Positions 1 through 13,392 of a stretch of DNA of 49,538 nt are shown in pieces (the stretch's first letter is position 1; every line of letters starts with the position of its first letter). Both the position numbers and the translations under genes were made by a program. This DNA is from Chara braunii (taxonomy: Eukaryota; Plantae; Charophyceae). The stretch is taken from the NCBI GenBank assembly GCA_003427395.1, contig BFEA01000005.1, positions 3,951,292 through 4,000,829 of the forward strand, in the 5' to 3' direction. The notes beneath the pieces are model-generated. The model saw nothing but the letters and a program-made list of their open reading frames with translations. It was not told the origin of the DNA and did no database searches.

Positions 1-3000
1 GTGGTCTTACACTCCCTCGCTCTCTCCGCCCCTCCAGCCCTTTTCTTCCCTGACCCTTGCCAAGGGTTATCCTCGTAGTCATACACTCCCTATCCCCGCC
101 GCCCTCAACAATTTTTCAACATATACTCAGTCACACTTCCTTCTAACAAATAAAGCTCACATTCACGCACTAACCATTCCCTCCTGCTCACCGCCTTCCC
201 CCCAATCCCCATACGCCCTCCGTTTCTTTCTCTCTCATCCCTCACCCTTTTCGAAATCATGGTCCAACAATTCCTCAACCCGTCGCACCCGGACTGAACC
301 TACTCGAAAATAGTCATCCCCGCCTCTCTAGGATTAGTAGTTTAGAACGGAAATCACAATTTAGTCCGTCACAAGACATACAGACTTTCGGTGGTGCTTG
401 ACGTGACTGCGAACTGTAGTGTCGCTCTCTGATTCCACATTCATAAAAGAAACAGATGTACTTGACGGAAACTCGCAGTCGTCACCTCGCTGAAAACTAG
501 AAGGCACCCTACATTGCAATAGTCTCACCCCCCGCACTGGTACAGTCAATCCCAAATCCCGATTACATGTTCAATCGCAATGTCGTAACTTTTTTTCTGC
601 ATGTTTTACTATAAGAACCTCGATCTGGCTTACTGCGATATCAGGATGTGTGTCTTGCTCCATTACGCGACTCTCTCAGATGCACATAAACGACTTCAGT
701 AAACTACCCTGTACATTTTCGATTGGATTGCTTCCTTTCCCCCACCCTTCCACCGACCCCATGACCGCACGCATCCGCTACCCTCTGTCTCACGCTCCGT
801 CCTTCTTGCCCCCTTCTTCGCCCCCCCACATGCACCTCCCTTCATTTTCTTCCCCGTTCATATAGGCCTGAAGGATCGACGATGGAAATCTTGTCCTAAA
901 CACTCGACATACCCTCTTGCAACTCTATGACAACCCTTTCCCCGCCCCTCCCGACCGCTCCTTTGCTACCGCCAACCTACACCATTTTAGCCTAATCACT
1001 AGCGCTCCCTTCCACACTATCTGATCACACCTTTATCTCACCAGTAGACGTGTACAGTAGGTACTGGAGAAATAAAAAAGAAAAAAATCTCACCTCCAAA
1101 GGAATCGAGGGTTAATCATCATCTCAAGTAATATCAGGTTTTTTATAGTAATAATCATCTAATTAATATTATTTACCGACATGTCTACGTGGCAAATGCC
1201 GACTTGTGTAGGGAACAACACATTTTATTGCTCAAATGTTATCACTATAAAATACCTCTTGCCTGTGCGATGTTTCGGAACTCCATGATAGGACCAGGGG
1301 CGGAGGTTGGTAGAAGAGGAGAATGCACGGTTTCTTGACCACGGGCCCAATCAGCTTGTCCAGGGAGAGGTTGCAGTCGAGAGGGAGCTGACAGAAGAGA
1401 GTTCGTCAGGAAGGGCAGCAACTGGGTGCTGATTGGAACTGTTATGACCCGCAGATAAGGGAAAGAGGGTAATAAGCTTTCAAGTTATCAACGTAATTCA
1501 TGTTTTTGTTTTCACAGTCATTATATTCGCCATTGGTTAAAGTTTGCCCTTGCGATCTATTATGTGTGCGACGCAAAGGGTCCGGTCTTTGTTCTTCTCC
1601 CTCTAGGGTCACAAACTCTGTCCGTCTGTTTTTTGAAGGCGCAGGCGAATGGGTAATAAAGCCTAATGAGTCTATTCTTTTCAACGTGAAGCTTCGCGTA
1701 CAGATACGCTAAGCGATCGCCAATTAGGTCTGCCTAGCTCATCTTCGCATTGTAAACTCGGTGCTGAAAGCGCGTAACTCTCTGCAGCTATAGGCGCCGA
1801 CGTGAGTATGACAGCGCAAGAACTTGCGAATTGAAAACTCAACTAATTGACACGCTTAGCACACACATCTCTTCTTCCTGCCTTCAAGAACTCTTCCCCA
1901 TATGTCTAATTGCACTCCAAGAGTTTTTGAAACTCCCCTCTGCAAAACCCTTGACAATGCTTTCGCCACTTTATACCAGGGTATCCAAATATACCCTCAC
2001 ACTCACATTAACCCCCCTACAACAAGATTTACCGTTCGTACCTCCCCCCTTCATAAAATAGCACCCCCAAGACAGCAACATCACTACGTTCTCTCTCCAA
2101 GATAAAAACCCTCTCCACCAACGGAGATCTTAGTACCTTACACCCTCTTAGCTCCTCTACCCCCAACTTCCTCACCAGAGTGATTACTCCTGAAAACCCT
2201 CAGGCACACCTCCCCTCACTTACCAACCTCGGATCACAGTAGACCAACCACCATTGCAATGAAAATAATTCAAAAGAAACCACTCAAAAGCAGACCCAAA
2301 AAATATAGATAAGTAGATAGTTGTGCATGTATAGCCCTTATACTCAGAGGTCCTACTTGACATAACTCTAACCCCTCACCTTTGTCTTCGTAGGGTGTCA
2401 TCGAACTGCACGCTCTACATATGGTTGCTCTTTTCCCCAGCAACTTCTCTCAGGTCGGTCCTTCTTCCTAGACTAGCCATCCTCTCCTACCACCCCTTCC
2501 CTCATATTAACCAACTCCGCTTCAGAAGGTTTTCGTTCTCCCATTAAAACCTGGGTTTCCCCAATCTCTCAAAACCTCATATAATTTCCCCTCAACTTCT
2601 TCCCTGTACTACACACCGTAAGCAATTAGAGATAGGGAATGTGTTCTCCATAAAAAAAAACAGGATCTTGACAAGATCCACCCTGAGAATGTCGCTAGTA
2701 TGAGTCTAACCTCCCTCCCACAAACTATGACCATTCACCCTTATCCTTCATCCCTTATTTCAGTCTTCCTTACATACAATCCAAAGAAAATTCACCTCAC
2801 CTGCTCATTCCTCCCCTACCCAGTCCTGACACATTCTGTTATATCATCCCTGCACTTTGAGTCGGTTAATTTGATTTACACGGCCCTACCCCACTTACCT
2901 CTTCAGACACTCTGCAGGCACTTCGACCGTATCTCGAAAACCTTCTTTTGCAGGCAAAGATCGCTCCCTGTTCCTCCGCCCTCTTGTTGGCATTCACTAC

Positions 3001-3104
3001 TTATCCCTCTCCTCGTTAAGCCCTTCCATTTGAACTACCCTTCTTTCTCCCCAATGCAGAAGAATCCCCAGTACAACACCTGTTTTATAAAATCATGATC
3101 TCCC

Positions 3105-5406
3105 TTGCTACGTTCTCACCCTCATGACGTTGCTGCCTCGTATCCCTATCTTGTGCAGGACCAGGAGAATGTCAACAGAGGATGGCATGCAGAGCTCGCC
3201 CCCCTCGTCGCCCCCTTTGCTGCACTCCAGCCACCTACTGCGCACTCACAACTTGTGATGATGACGCTACCCAAGGAAGTCCTCCTCAAGGTCCACGAGG
3301 TCGCACAAACCCCAAGTCTTATAGAGGCACTCACCTTCAGCGACTGGGCCGTCCTCAGTGGGATTTATGAATCCGACCCTGACACACTCGATAGAAAAAT
3401 CCAAACCTTCGCCCTCAGTGCCCCGGTTGTTTTGTCCATTAATAGAATTGAGAATAGGGAGATCTGCAAACTTGCCAATGCGGAGAAGACGATCTTGGAG
3501 AGGTTCGGATATAGCACTGCCCACCTCACGAATGTTGGTGACATAGACATCTCTGAACATGTCAACGAGAAAAGACAGGAAAGGAGGAGACGAATTGGCT
3601 TGTCACAAGCAGAGATAAAGTACCTAGATAAACAGCAAGAGAAAAGACTGAACACCGTTCTCTCCACCGCCTCCACTGCTGCAGATGCATCTGGTAGGGC
3701 ACATAAGCTTGGACAGGACAGTCATTTTCTCCCACTCCCGTCTAGCTCATGGATAGAAAGACAGAGCAAGCACGTCTCCCACAAGCTGTAGCACTTAGAT
3801 AACTTTAACTATGTTGCGCCTATCACTGTCGATGCCTACAAAGCCCTTGCAAATCTCTCAGACAATGACCTGCGGAAGTGTAAGGAAGCGGCCAACAGCT
3901 TCGCCCTACACCTCCCCCACAACAAGCCAGCCTTCGACGGGAACTTCCCCGTACTTGCCATTCTTGACCAAATGCCCTGTTTCCAAACAGGTCCTCGTGC
4001 AGAAGGGCTTCCCACGAGCACCACAGACTCTTGAAGAGGTTAAGAAGATGTGGAACACCGGTAGACCGTATCTCAAATGCACCTGCACTTCGAACTGCGG
4101 CAAGACGATCACCTGGTTCGATCACTTCATCTGGTACTACATCGCCAATCTGGACTTCTTCGATCCAGGCGCCCCTTCGGACATCACCAGGATGCTGGAC
4201 TTCCAGCAGCGACTCGAGACCGAGTGGAGACAGCCAGTACTGGCGCAAGTGACTTTCCTCTACATGAGGAAGATGATGACCGCCCTCTTGGAAAGGCTCA
4301 TCGACAACCCCAAGAGCAAAGTGGGGCAACTGCTGGAGCACCCCTGGATATGCGAAGTCCCTTTCGCCAGAAGGTTCGCAACAATCCTCCTCCCCGAAGA
4401 TATTGATCAAGCCAAGACCCTCGCCTCAGGATGCGGTGCGAAATCCCCTGCAAGTGACATGGTGCAGCGTAGCAGGCCCAGGCAAACAACACTCAACTTC
4501 CCTACCACTCCCAACACCCAACCCACCAACACCCCCTCGCCAGCCTCTGTCAATCTTGGAACACCCAGCGGAACCCCCACTCCCAGGACCCGAGATCCCT
4601 GCTCCAACCCCCCACTTGCCCCCCGAACACACCTTCCTCCTCCCCACAACCCCCTGGTTCCCACCCCCCAACCCCGCGCACATGCAAACCCATCCCCCGC
4701 CCCCCATACTGGTCCCTCCTTACACCAGGCTCCCCCTCCTACAAGCACCCGCCCAAACCCCGCTGCGATTGCAGACGCAACCGCGGTCGCCACAACAGCT
4801 CAAAGACCCAAGTCGAAAAAGCCTAGAAATGGACGCAGAGGCAAAGGCGCCAGCTCACGCACAACAAAAAGAGCTCGCATCCAGAACGTCATCATTGGAC
4901 ACTCTTCTGAACCAGCCCTCAGAGCCCAGGCTCAACAACTCATCTCCACTGCCCTTCTGTCGAGTCATGCACTGCCACCTATCCTCCCACTCCCTAGCCT
5001 ACACAATGTCGTGTCTGACTCCATCGCCCACAGCCCCTTCCCCACTCAGTCTGGTCTTCCTCAGCCCCAGCCTTCCACCAACAGCTGGATCCCGCCCGTA
5101 CAACAACTTATTAGACGACTCTCAGCAAATGCCTCTCCTCCTCCCCTCCACCTCCCCATACAAGTAATCAACATCTCTGAGAACTCGTCCAGACCTGGCT
5201 CCAGACCCCACCTGGCCATCAACGTGAGCTCCCCCTCCCCTGACACTCCAGCCAAACCTGCCAGTTCGTTTGGCCATATTCTCCAAGGCTTTGGCACTGA
5301 TGGTTCCCTCTCCGCTTCAAGCTGCATCGGCAATGAAGAAGTCGTCCAGGAAACGCAAGATCCAGCAATAGCAAAGGCCACCAGGAGAAACCTCGGACAT
5401 GACTAA
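3105..5406 (+). pseudogene. Disrupted orphan ORF of about 750 codons, possibly the ORF1/accessory gene of the downstream Penelope-like element
   Basis: ORF 3105-3791 reads through a single TAG and continues in frame (HLDNFNYVAPITVDAY...). It then shifts near 3980 into the 3811-5406 frame, which carries a CTC..NC..W..H..W motif and a long Pro/Ser/Thr-rich tail with a basic patch. No family recognised. Confidence 0.45.
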
Positions 5407-5599
5407 GACCAAGAGCGCCTCGCCCTTTCCACCTCCTAATCCACTGTAGTATGCAGATAGCCAGATCCGTTACGCACGCGGTTGGTGATCCTGACTCACA
5501 CAGGCCTGGTCCAGTTACCCGTCCACTTAATAGTTTACACGACATAGATACTTCAACGGAAACCGAGCTACTCAATACAAGAACCGTATAGGCTGCTCT

Positions 5600-6590
5600 T
5601 ACGACCGGAACATGTACTTCTAGTTTTGACAGCCGGCCCGCCCGGTCTGCCTAGTTCTGGAAAGATGCTTACAAAGCTAGGACACAGTCGGGCGAGCTTT
5701 GTTATAGCCTTTACGACAACCTGAGCTCTGAACCTTTTTTGAACATTTCTGCCTCTGGGCCTGAATGCTTCAGGTATAGGCTAGCCCAAGTTTAGAACTT
5801 TCGGCAAAGCTGTTTTTCCATAAAGATGCAGTTGTCTCAGGGTTAATAGAATCTTGTTTCCTCCTGAACGTCTTGATGACTCATCTTATGTACCTTCCCC
5901 TTTTTTTCATGTCCGCTCTACACCTTGTTTCATCATTGGTTTGTTATTCACCCCGATATAAACCTTGTTTATGTCCGGGGCGTGGAACTCTGAAATCAGC
6001 GGCAGGCCTGCCCACCATAACTAGTCTAGAAACGGTGCTTGGTTAGGACATAGTCTAAAGAGTTGTTTTGTATCCTTGGCTACAACCTGAACTCTGAGAT
6101 TTTTTATAAAGCTGTTTCCGTTTGAGTTTTCTTTCGTTCTGCAAATATTACGATCTTAATACAATCTGGATTTCTCATGAGTGGTCAATTGTTGATGGCT
6201 CACTTTTAGTGCTCCCGTTTGCCGTCTGCTCTACACCTTTTATTATTACTTTGTTGTTACTTTTTCACCCCAATGAAGACTTTGTTTGCGTCAGGTGCAT
6301 GAAATTCTGAAATCAGTTGCAGGCCTGCCCAATCTTTCTAGTATAGGATTGGTGCTAGGCTATGACACGATCTGAGGAGGTGTTTGGAAGCCTTTGCTGT
6401 GAACTGAGTTATATGATTCTTTTTTGAAACCTGAGACTCTGCGCCTGGATGCCCCAGGTACTTACGGTCTATAATTTTGAAGCCTTCATTTCAGTTGTCT
6501 CGTTCCATTCCCCATACAAATGTTACGGTCTTAGTACATTCTAGTTTGGACAGTCGTCGTGCTTCCGTTTGCCGTCCACTCTACACCTTC
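5600..6590. repeat. Diverged direct repeats with a period of about 310-350 bp
   Basis: The blocks 'ctctacacctt...ttcacccc...tctgaaatcag..gcaggcctgccca' recur at ~5915-6015 and ~6228-6332. A partial third copy lies near 6540-6590. Confidence 0.55.
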
Positions 6591-7175
6591 CTTTCCACCC
6601 CAACCACCTTCCCTTTTTTAAGCCTTCAAACCTAATTCATACGAATACTCACATCCATGACACCACCATAAGAGAGTCCACACCCCTAGACCCTACCCCC
6701 CATGCCCACCTCTTCCCCTCATAGGACTCGGTCCGACTTCTCTCTCCCCCACTGGTGCCCGCTCTCCCAATACTTTTTAGAAATGCAAAAATTTAAGACC
6801 AGTACATAGTTATGGTATTCGGGCCATAGGTTCTCTTAATTATGAACCCACACATATTTCTGACCACTGCCGGAAAATGCAAGTCTGAACCATTCAATAT
6901 TCACTGCAATAGTTTAAAGCTCTAGCTGCAAAATGACTTGTGTGCTACGCTAAGCAAAGGAGAAAATTGCATCATTAATGTCAAAAACTTTTTTTTCCCC
7001 CCATTAATGTCTAGAAATTGTTGTCTTTAATAAACAGGAATCCCACCTCACAGTCATGGAGGACGGAAGACGCGGCTGGAGAAGGCAGGCAGCCACACCA
7101 GAACGGCTAATGCATTTGCACTAGACAAGCAGGCTTTTTGAAAGGATCAAGCCCAAGAAAATAATCTCAGAGATC

Positions 7176-9146
7176 TTGGGGGAACATATTCCCGACATCG
7201 CCACCCACCTGGGTGCAATTACCTATGGATGGACCTATGACGCACATATCGCCAAAAAGCTATATAAACCCTCTGAGGTTTTTCAAACCTTCGATCTCCT
7301 CTCCTGGTATGAAGGGCAGCCGCCGCAATGCTTCTTCCAGCAGGACAGATTCTTGTCATATGCTCTCCACAGTTTTGATGGCAGCTTACCCCCCCACGTC
7401 GTCACCCTCGACCTCAGCATTGTCAAAAATCACGAGCTCAGAAAACAACTATCGATGGGATTGAATCATATCCCCCTCACAACACATAAAATCACGGAGG
7501 TCTTAGAGCAGATATCCAATGCACTGTCCCTCACCCTGGATTTTCTTAAGCAAAGTGGATGTCGCATCACTTCAGAGATTCGTGACATCTCTCACTATCA
7601 ACTCAGAGCGGTCATTAGGCGTACCTGCTCTCATCACCTCCAGTCCTTCCCAAAAGACAATCATGCAATGAAAAAAGAAATAAACTTCCTTACAGAACAT
7701 TTCTACATCTCCGGGACGGATAAAGCACCCAACACTCCATCTATTACCTGTATTAACTACATCAGATTTCTTGCGCTCCAGAGACTTACTGGAAATGACT
7801 TCACACCCTGTGAAATCACAACCTTTGACTTAGTGAACCAACTCGAATACCATATTACCACCTCCTTCCCCTTCTGTCCCATATAGAACAAGAATCTTCC
7901 CTACCTAATGGCGATCTACAAAAAACACAAGAATAGTTTTCGCTGGTTAACAAATGCGTCTAATGTCATCTTCTCCCCCCTTGCAGATATCTGCGCCTCC
8001 ACTCTGAAATCACTCTCAGAAATGGTAAAAAAGCACTGCGGGCTGCTAACAGAAGAAACAGAAAAAAAAATGGGCTGCAGGGTTTCTTTTTGGTGGATTA
8101 TAGACTCTGTCTCCGACGATGTCTATAACCTTCCCCCTAAGATACATACACTGTTCTTGGCAGACATAACTCGCTGTTACGAGACCATCCCGACAGACAG
8201 TTCACCTGACGGGCTCCCCGCCGCAGTCGAATTCTTTACTGACTTGGCATTTAAACAAGCAAAGAAGACGCTTGGGAGAAATGCTAAACTAGTATGTAAA
8301 ATCAGGGAGACAGAGAAAGACGTCAAATTCTACACAGAATGGACTTCCACACCTTCCCCTGACCTCATCACCCTCTCTCCACAGCTCATCAAAGATATGA
8401 ACAGTTGGCTGATCAACAATGCCTTTACCTCACTTGGAGGTCTCATATGGAATCAAACTCTCGGAATACCTATGGGTCTGAGTTGCTCTCCTATTTGGTG
8501 CAACATTTACTTTTTTCATTACGAATACAAGTTCATGAGGAAACTCAGGCGTCTCCCTAACCGACATCTACTTCCCCTTTTTCAGCATACCTTCAGATAC
8601 TTTGATGACCTAAACTCCATAAATAACCCCAGAATTCTAGACTTCTTAAATCCTGCAAACAAAAATAGCAATAGCAAATACTTCCTTTACCCACTCAATT
8701 TTGTCACCCTCATTGAGCAAACTGCTGAACATGCCGAACTTAACTCCAAACGGATCGGCACGAAGGCAAACTTCCTCTATGCCACAGTCACAATTCTCGA
8801 TCCTCTACAAGGCACGTACAAAACCACGAAGTTCGATAAAAGAAAAGAACTTGACTTTCCTATCACTCGGTTCATTAAGTTCCACTCTAACAGACCCGTG
8901 TATCAGTCGCTCAAGATCCTCATACCCCAAATCATAAACATACTAACCATCACATCAGACCATGAGGATGCTCTGTCAGACATCCTTGACACCATACAGA
9001 CCATGGTGAACAAGGGCTTCAACACTCACAAATGTCTGAAAGTTGTCGAAATCACGCTTAGGAATCCCCAGCAATACCAACCTTTTCGTTGTGACCACAA
9101 TCTTGTACTAAGCTCACTTTCCAAAACACGTGTTGTATGTGTGTAG
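7176..9146 (+). pseudogene. Penelope-like reverse transcriptase with one in-frame stop at 7884-7886
   Basis: The 7176-7886 and 7908-9146 ORFs share one frame. Motifs: GLNHIP, DKAPN, LPYLMAIYKKHK..FRW, ADITRCYETIP (motif A), QTLGIPMGLSCSPIWCNIYF (B'), FRYFDDL (C), and the thumb FDKRKELDFPI. No GIY-YIG motif seen. Confidence 0.85.
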
Positions 9147-9254
9147 ACCATATTTTTTTGTTGGTCTGGTTTGGATGGCGGACGACCCTGAAAGGGGGCG
9201 GGTTCGTCATCCGAGCCATGCCCCCTTCGGCCCCCCCATCACGAGGGATTGCGG

Positions 9255-9259
<5 letters not shown>

Positions 9260-9296
<37 letters not shown>

Positions 9297-9302
9297 TACA
9301 TA
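9260..9302. repeat. (CA)n/(CATA)n microsatellite tail
   Basis: Read directly from the sequence. Confidence 0.95.
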
Positions 9303-10678
9303 AAAGGGAAGACTAATTAAAGATAAGTATTAGAATGAAAATTCCGTTTTTTACAAAAAGAAGAGATTAAAGGAGTTACAACCCTTCTAGTGGCTACTTG
9401 GCATATGGAAGTACCACCTACCCTGCTACACGAACACGCACTATACACACCCCACATGACTACGAAAACTAGTTCTAAAAAGCACCCCCACACACATTAC
9501 CCCCGCCCACCCCTCATTTCACCTTCCCGGTATTACAAGCCACCCCGACTCCACTGTAACAACGACAGCACGCACGTCGCACGGAGCAGGACCACTCATA
9601 AACCCGCAAACCAGGATCGTTTCACCCAGTTTTCGATAAAATTTACGACCCAGTCCCCCANAAAAAACTACCCACCCGCACTTTCAAGCTTCCGGGCCTC
9701 AAAATAAGGTACCTTGCTAATGGTTTTTCAAAAAAAGGGGGAAGGACAAAAATATTGCCTTCGACGAGCCCCGCCCACTACGGGACTCCGCGCACATACG
9801 ACACACCTCAACCCACTGCGCACAAGAGGCGGACACTCCCTACCGCTTGGACATGGTGCGACAAGCCCACGCGCCTGCACCTGCCTCGTCTATGCCTCCC
9901 CACTGACAGGTTATGAGCATGCCGAGCAATAGCGGTCTTCTAGCACAGATACATCCCGACGGCAGTCCAAGAACACTAACCCCCCCTCGAGGAGGACCCT
10001 GCTCGGCCCCTTACACACGTCCCTAGTTGATCCCCCCTCATCCCTCAACCCCCTGTAAACATGGTCCGCACACCTCTTTTCTCCCCTCCTTCTGCCCCTG
10101 CTCCTCCCCCTTTCCCCCTCGATGCCAGTATAGTAAGCCTCCTCCTTTGTTTTCCCGCTCCTCCCTGCTTCACATATGCTATATCTTCCTCCCACATCCT
10201 TCTTCCCTTCATCTCGCGTTACCACTGNAAGAANTCCCGAATGCTNTGGCCANCTTGATCGCATGCATNACCTCCTCTCTGGCATCAATAGCANGACATA
10301 AGTTNTGCTNTGCGCCTCCGGCTTCCTGCTCCTCCTANNAGGAGGACGATTNNCGCCTTCCCACTGTCCGATTCGTGAATCCCCCCGCACTCNCCTAAGA
10401 TGGCTGACGCCTTTGAAGATCTCGTTCCGGATGCTGNCATCAACGCACATGCGGTAAGTTTCCTCCCCCTCCCCACCCACCTTCTGATTGGTTACTACCT
10501 CCACCACTGGTCTCTACCAATTCTTCATCCCTATCCTTCCCCCTACCCCTGCTCACCTTCCTCTCCTCCAATCGCTTCCTCTACACACACGACCCCTACC
10601 CTCTTGAAGCTCATTCCTGCCTCCCCGTTTTCATATACTCCTTAACTCTCTCCCTCCCCTCACCTTTCCTTCGTCTAC

Positions 10679-10690
10679 TCTCTCTCTCTT

Positions 10691-10785
<95 letters not shown>

Positions 10786-10817
10786 GCTCTCTCTCTATCT
10801 CTCCCTCTCTCTCTCTC
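10679..10817. repeat. (CT)n microsatellite
   Basis: Read directly from the sequence. Confidence 0.95.
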
Positions 10818-10849
10818 TTCCCCCTTTCTCTCCAGAGTAAGGACCTCAA

Positions 10850-10910
10850 GTCCACCTACCCTCTGATGAGCCATCCAATGGCGCGGATGGCGAAAAATGC
10901 TTAAGGGGAC
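10850..10910 (+). ncRNA. Minimal type I hammerhead ribozyme
   Basis: Stem I CCCT(10859-62)/AGGG(10904-07); core CTGATGA(10863-69); stem II GCCATCC/GGATGGC; GAAA(10892-95); 2-bp stem III closing ATGC; UUA cleavage triplet ending at 10903. Confidence 0.8.
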
Positions 10911-11148
10911 GCGCCTACCCCCCTCCTCCCCAGACAAAAATTGGTTTGCTGGGTGTTGGAGCTACCTCTCCCTTCTTCTTCCCACTTTTTTCTCCTCTTC
11001 ATTCGGATGATGGCTTACCTCGTGTAAAGTTGCCTCTCCCCACCTTCTCTCTGAACCCCCTCTTTGCTCCCTCCCAGTTTATTGGCATTCATGATGCTAG
11101 GAATGAATGGACACAAGTGTGACATTCTGGTGTCTTTGTCTTCAATAT

Positions 11149-11934
11149 NNNNNNNNNNNNNNNNNNNNNNNNNNNNNNNNNNNNNNNNNNNNNNNNNNNN
11201 NNNNNNNNNNNNNNNNNNNNNNNNNNNNNNNNNNNNNNNNNNNNNNNNNNNNNNNNNNNNNNNNNNNNNNNNNNNNNNNNNNNNNNNNNNNNNNNNNNNN
11301 NNNNNNNNNNNNNNNNNNNNNNNNNNNNNNNNNNNNNNNNNNNNNNNNNNNNNNNNNNNNNNNNNNNNNNNNNNNNNNNNNNNNNNNNNNNNNNNNNNNN
11401 NNNNNNNNNNNNNNNNNNNNNNNNNNNNNNNNNNNNNNNNNNNNNNNNNNNNNNNNNNNNNNNNNNNNNNNNNNNNNNNNNNNNNNNNNNNNNNNNNNNN
11501 NNNNNNNNNNNNNNNNNNNNNNNNNNNNNNNNNNNNNNNNNNNNNNNNNNNNNNNNNNNNNNNNNNNNNNNNNNNNNNNNNNNNNNNNNNNNNNNNNNNN
11601 NNNNNNNNNNNNNNNNNNNNNNNNNNNNNNNNNNNNNNNNNNNNNNNNNNNNNNNNNNNNNNNNNNNNNNNNNNNNNNNNNNNNNNNNNNNNNNNNNNNN
11701 NNNNNNNNNNNNNNNNNNNNNNNNNNNNNNNNNNNNNNNNNNNNNNNNNNNNNNNNNNNNNNNNNNNNNNNNNNNNNNNNNNNNNNNNNNNNNNNNNNNN
11801 NNNNNNNNNNNNNNNNNNNNNNNNNNNNNNNNNNNNNNNNNNNNNNNNNNNNNNNNNNNNNNNNNNNNNNNNNNNNNNNNNNNNNNNNNNNNNNNNNNNN
11901 NNNNNNNNNNNNNNNNNNNNNNNNNNNNNNNNNN
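11149..11934. other. Assembly gap (N run) followed by poly-G
   Basis: Read directly from the sequence. Confidence 1.
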
Positions 11935-11959
11935 GGGGGGGGGGGGGGGGGGGGGGAGG

Positions 11960-12114
11960 GTACACACACAATCGTTTCTATGTTTGACTAAGGTCCGTAA
12001 CAGACGGCTATAATTGAAAGATACAAGCTGTAAACAAAAGCCCCATTCTAATTGATTTTGACCAAAAGCCTTAACCGAAGGCTATAACTGAGGAGCGCAG
12101 GACATCTCTCTCTT

Positions 12115-12147
<33 letters not shown>

Positions 12148-12348
12148 ATCATTTCTATGTTTTAGTAAAGGTCTTAATGAAAATTATACACACACACACA
12201 CACAAACACACACAATCGTTTCTATGTTTGACTAAGGGCCGTAACAGAGGGCTATAACTGAAAGATACAAGTCATAAACAAAAGCCCCATTCTAATTGAT
12301 TTTGACTAAAAGCCTTAAGCGAAGGCTATAAATGAAGAGTGCATGACA

Positions 12349-12421
<73 letters not shown>

Positions 12422-13392
12422 TACACACACACATACACAATCATTTCTATGTTTTAGTAAAGGTCTTAAATGGAGACTATAACTGAAAGGTAGAAGCCAT
12501 ATCACATATGAAATGTGCAAAATTGTGTTTTTACTAAATGTGCAAAATTGTGTCTTTATTCACATGCTTACAGACAAAAGAAGAAACAACTATTCAGCAG
12601 ACTTCAAACAATCAAAACATCAAACAAGCACAGGTAAACTATTTTGTTTTTTTTGTTTTTATGCAATTGAATAAAAGCTACACACATCATTGGTGAGCTC
12701 AGTTCACACTAATGGTCAGACACCAAATTGGTCCATGTTCACGTTTCTCATATACTAGCGAAACACATTCCTCAAAACACTAGTGTAACTTTCACCTACA
12801 TAAAGGCTTTGACCACGTGAAAGACTCTGATTTCTCAAAAACAAAATTGACTTAGTTAGTAGTGACAAATTGACTAAAGACCTTAAATGAAGGCTATAGG
12901 CGAAAGATACAAGACATAAGGGAAGACCCTAAGTGAAGACCATATCCAAAGGTTATAACTAAAATATGAAAGCCCTAAGCAAAGGACCTATATGAAAGTA
13001 GTGGCCAAAATACAAAGGTCCTAAGTGAAGGCAAGGCTCAATCTGACCGTAAGTGAAGGATATAAACGAAAGATGCAAGCCATATGGGAATGCCTTAAGA
13101 GAAGGCCTTCTAAGCGAAAGATGCAAGACATATGGGAAGACCCTAAGTGAAGGTCTTATGCAAAAAGTTGTAACTAAAAAATACAAGCCCTAACCAAAAG
13201 CCATAGGTGAAACTTCTGACCAAAACACACATGCTTACAAGCAAAAGAAGAAACAACTATTCAACAGACTTCAAACAAGCACAAGTAAACTATTTTGTTT
13301 TTTTTTATTTTTATGCAAATGAATGAAAGCTACACACATCATTGGTGAACTCAGTTCACACTAATGGCCAGACACCAAATTGGTATTCACGT
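11960..13392. repeat. Degenerate tandem repeats: ~240-bp units with (CT)n(CA)n microsatellites, then ~660-bp units rich in 'ccctaagtgaagg'
   Basis: 'cacacaatcgtttctatgtttgactaagg' recurs at 11965 and 12210. The block 12560-13220 repeats from 13228 onward, is interrupted by the LTR element and resumes at 37498. Confidence 0.8.

Larger units (their letters stand above)
7030..9302 (+). mobile_element. Penelope-like retroelement (Naiad/Chlamys-type RT), no endonuclease visible; 5' boundary uncertain
   Basis: PLE-type RT ORF followed by a GC-rich structured 3' end and a (CA)n/(CATA)n tail. Confidence 0.75.

Noticed and set aside
1045-1188. Small MITE (GTAGACGTGT...ACATGTCTAC inverted ends)
   Set aside because: The inverted repeat is short and imperfect, with no clear target duplication and no second copy in the window.
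9145-9260. SECIS element and selenocysteine read-through of the RT stop
   Set aside because: The internal stop is TAG rather than TGA, and I cannot see the AUGA/GA quartet of a SECIS.
10611-10937. ER-repeat ORFs
   Set aside because: Translation of the (CT)n microsatellite.
11015-11991. Long ORFs in the ORF track
   Set aside because: Artefacts of the N gap.
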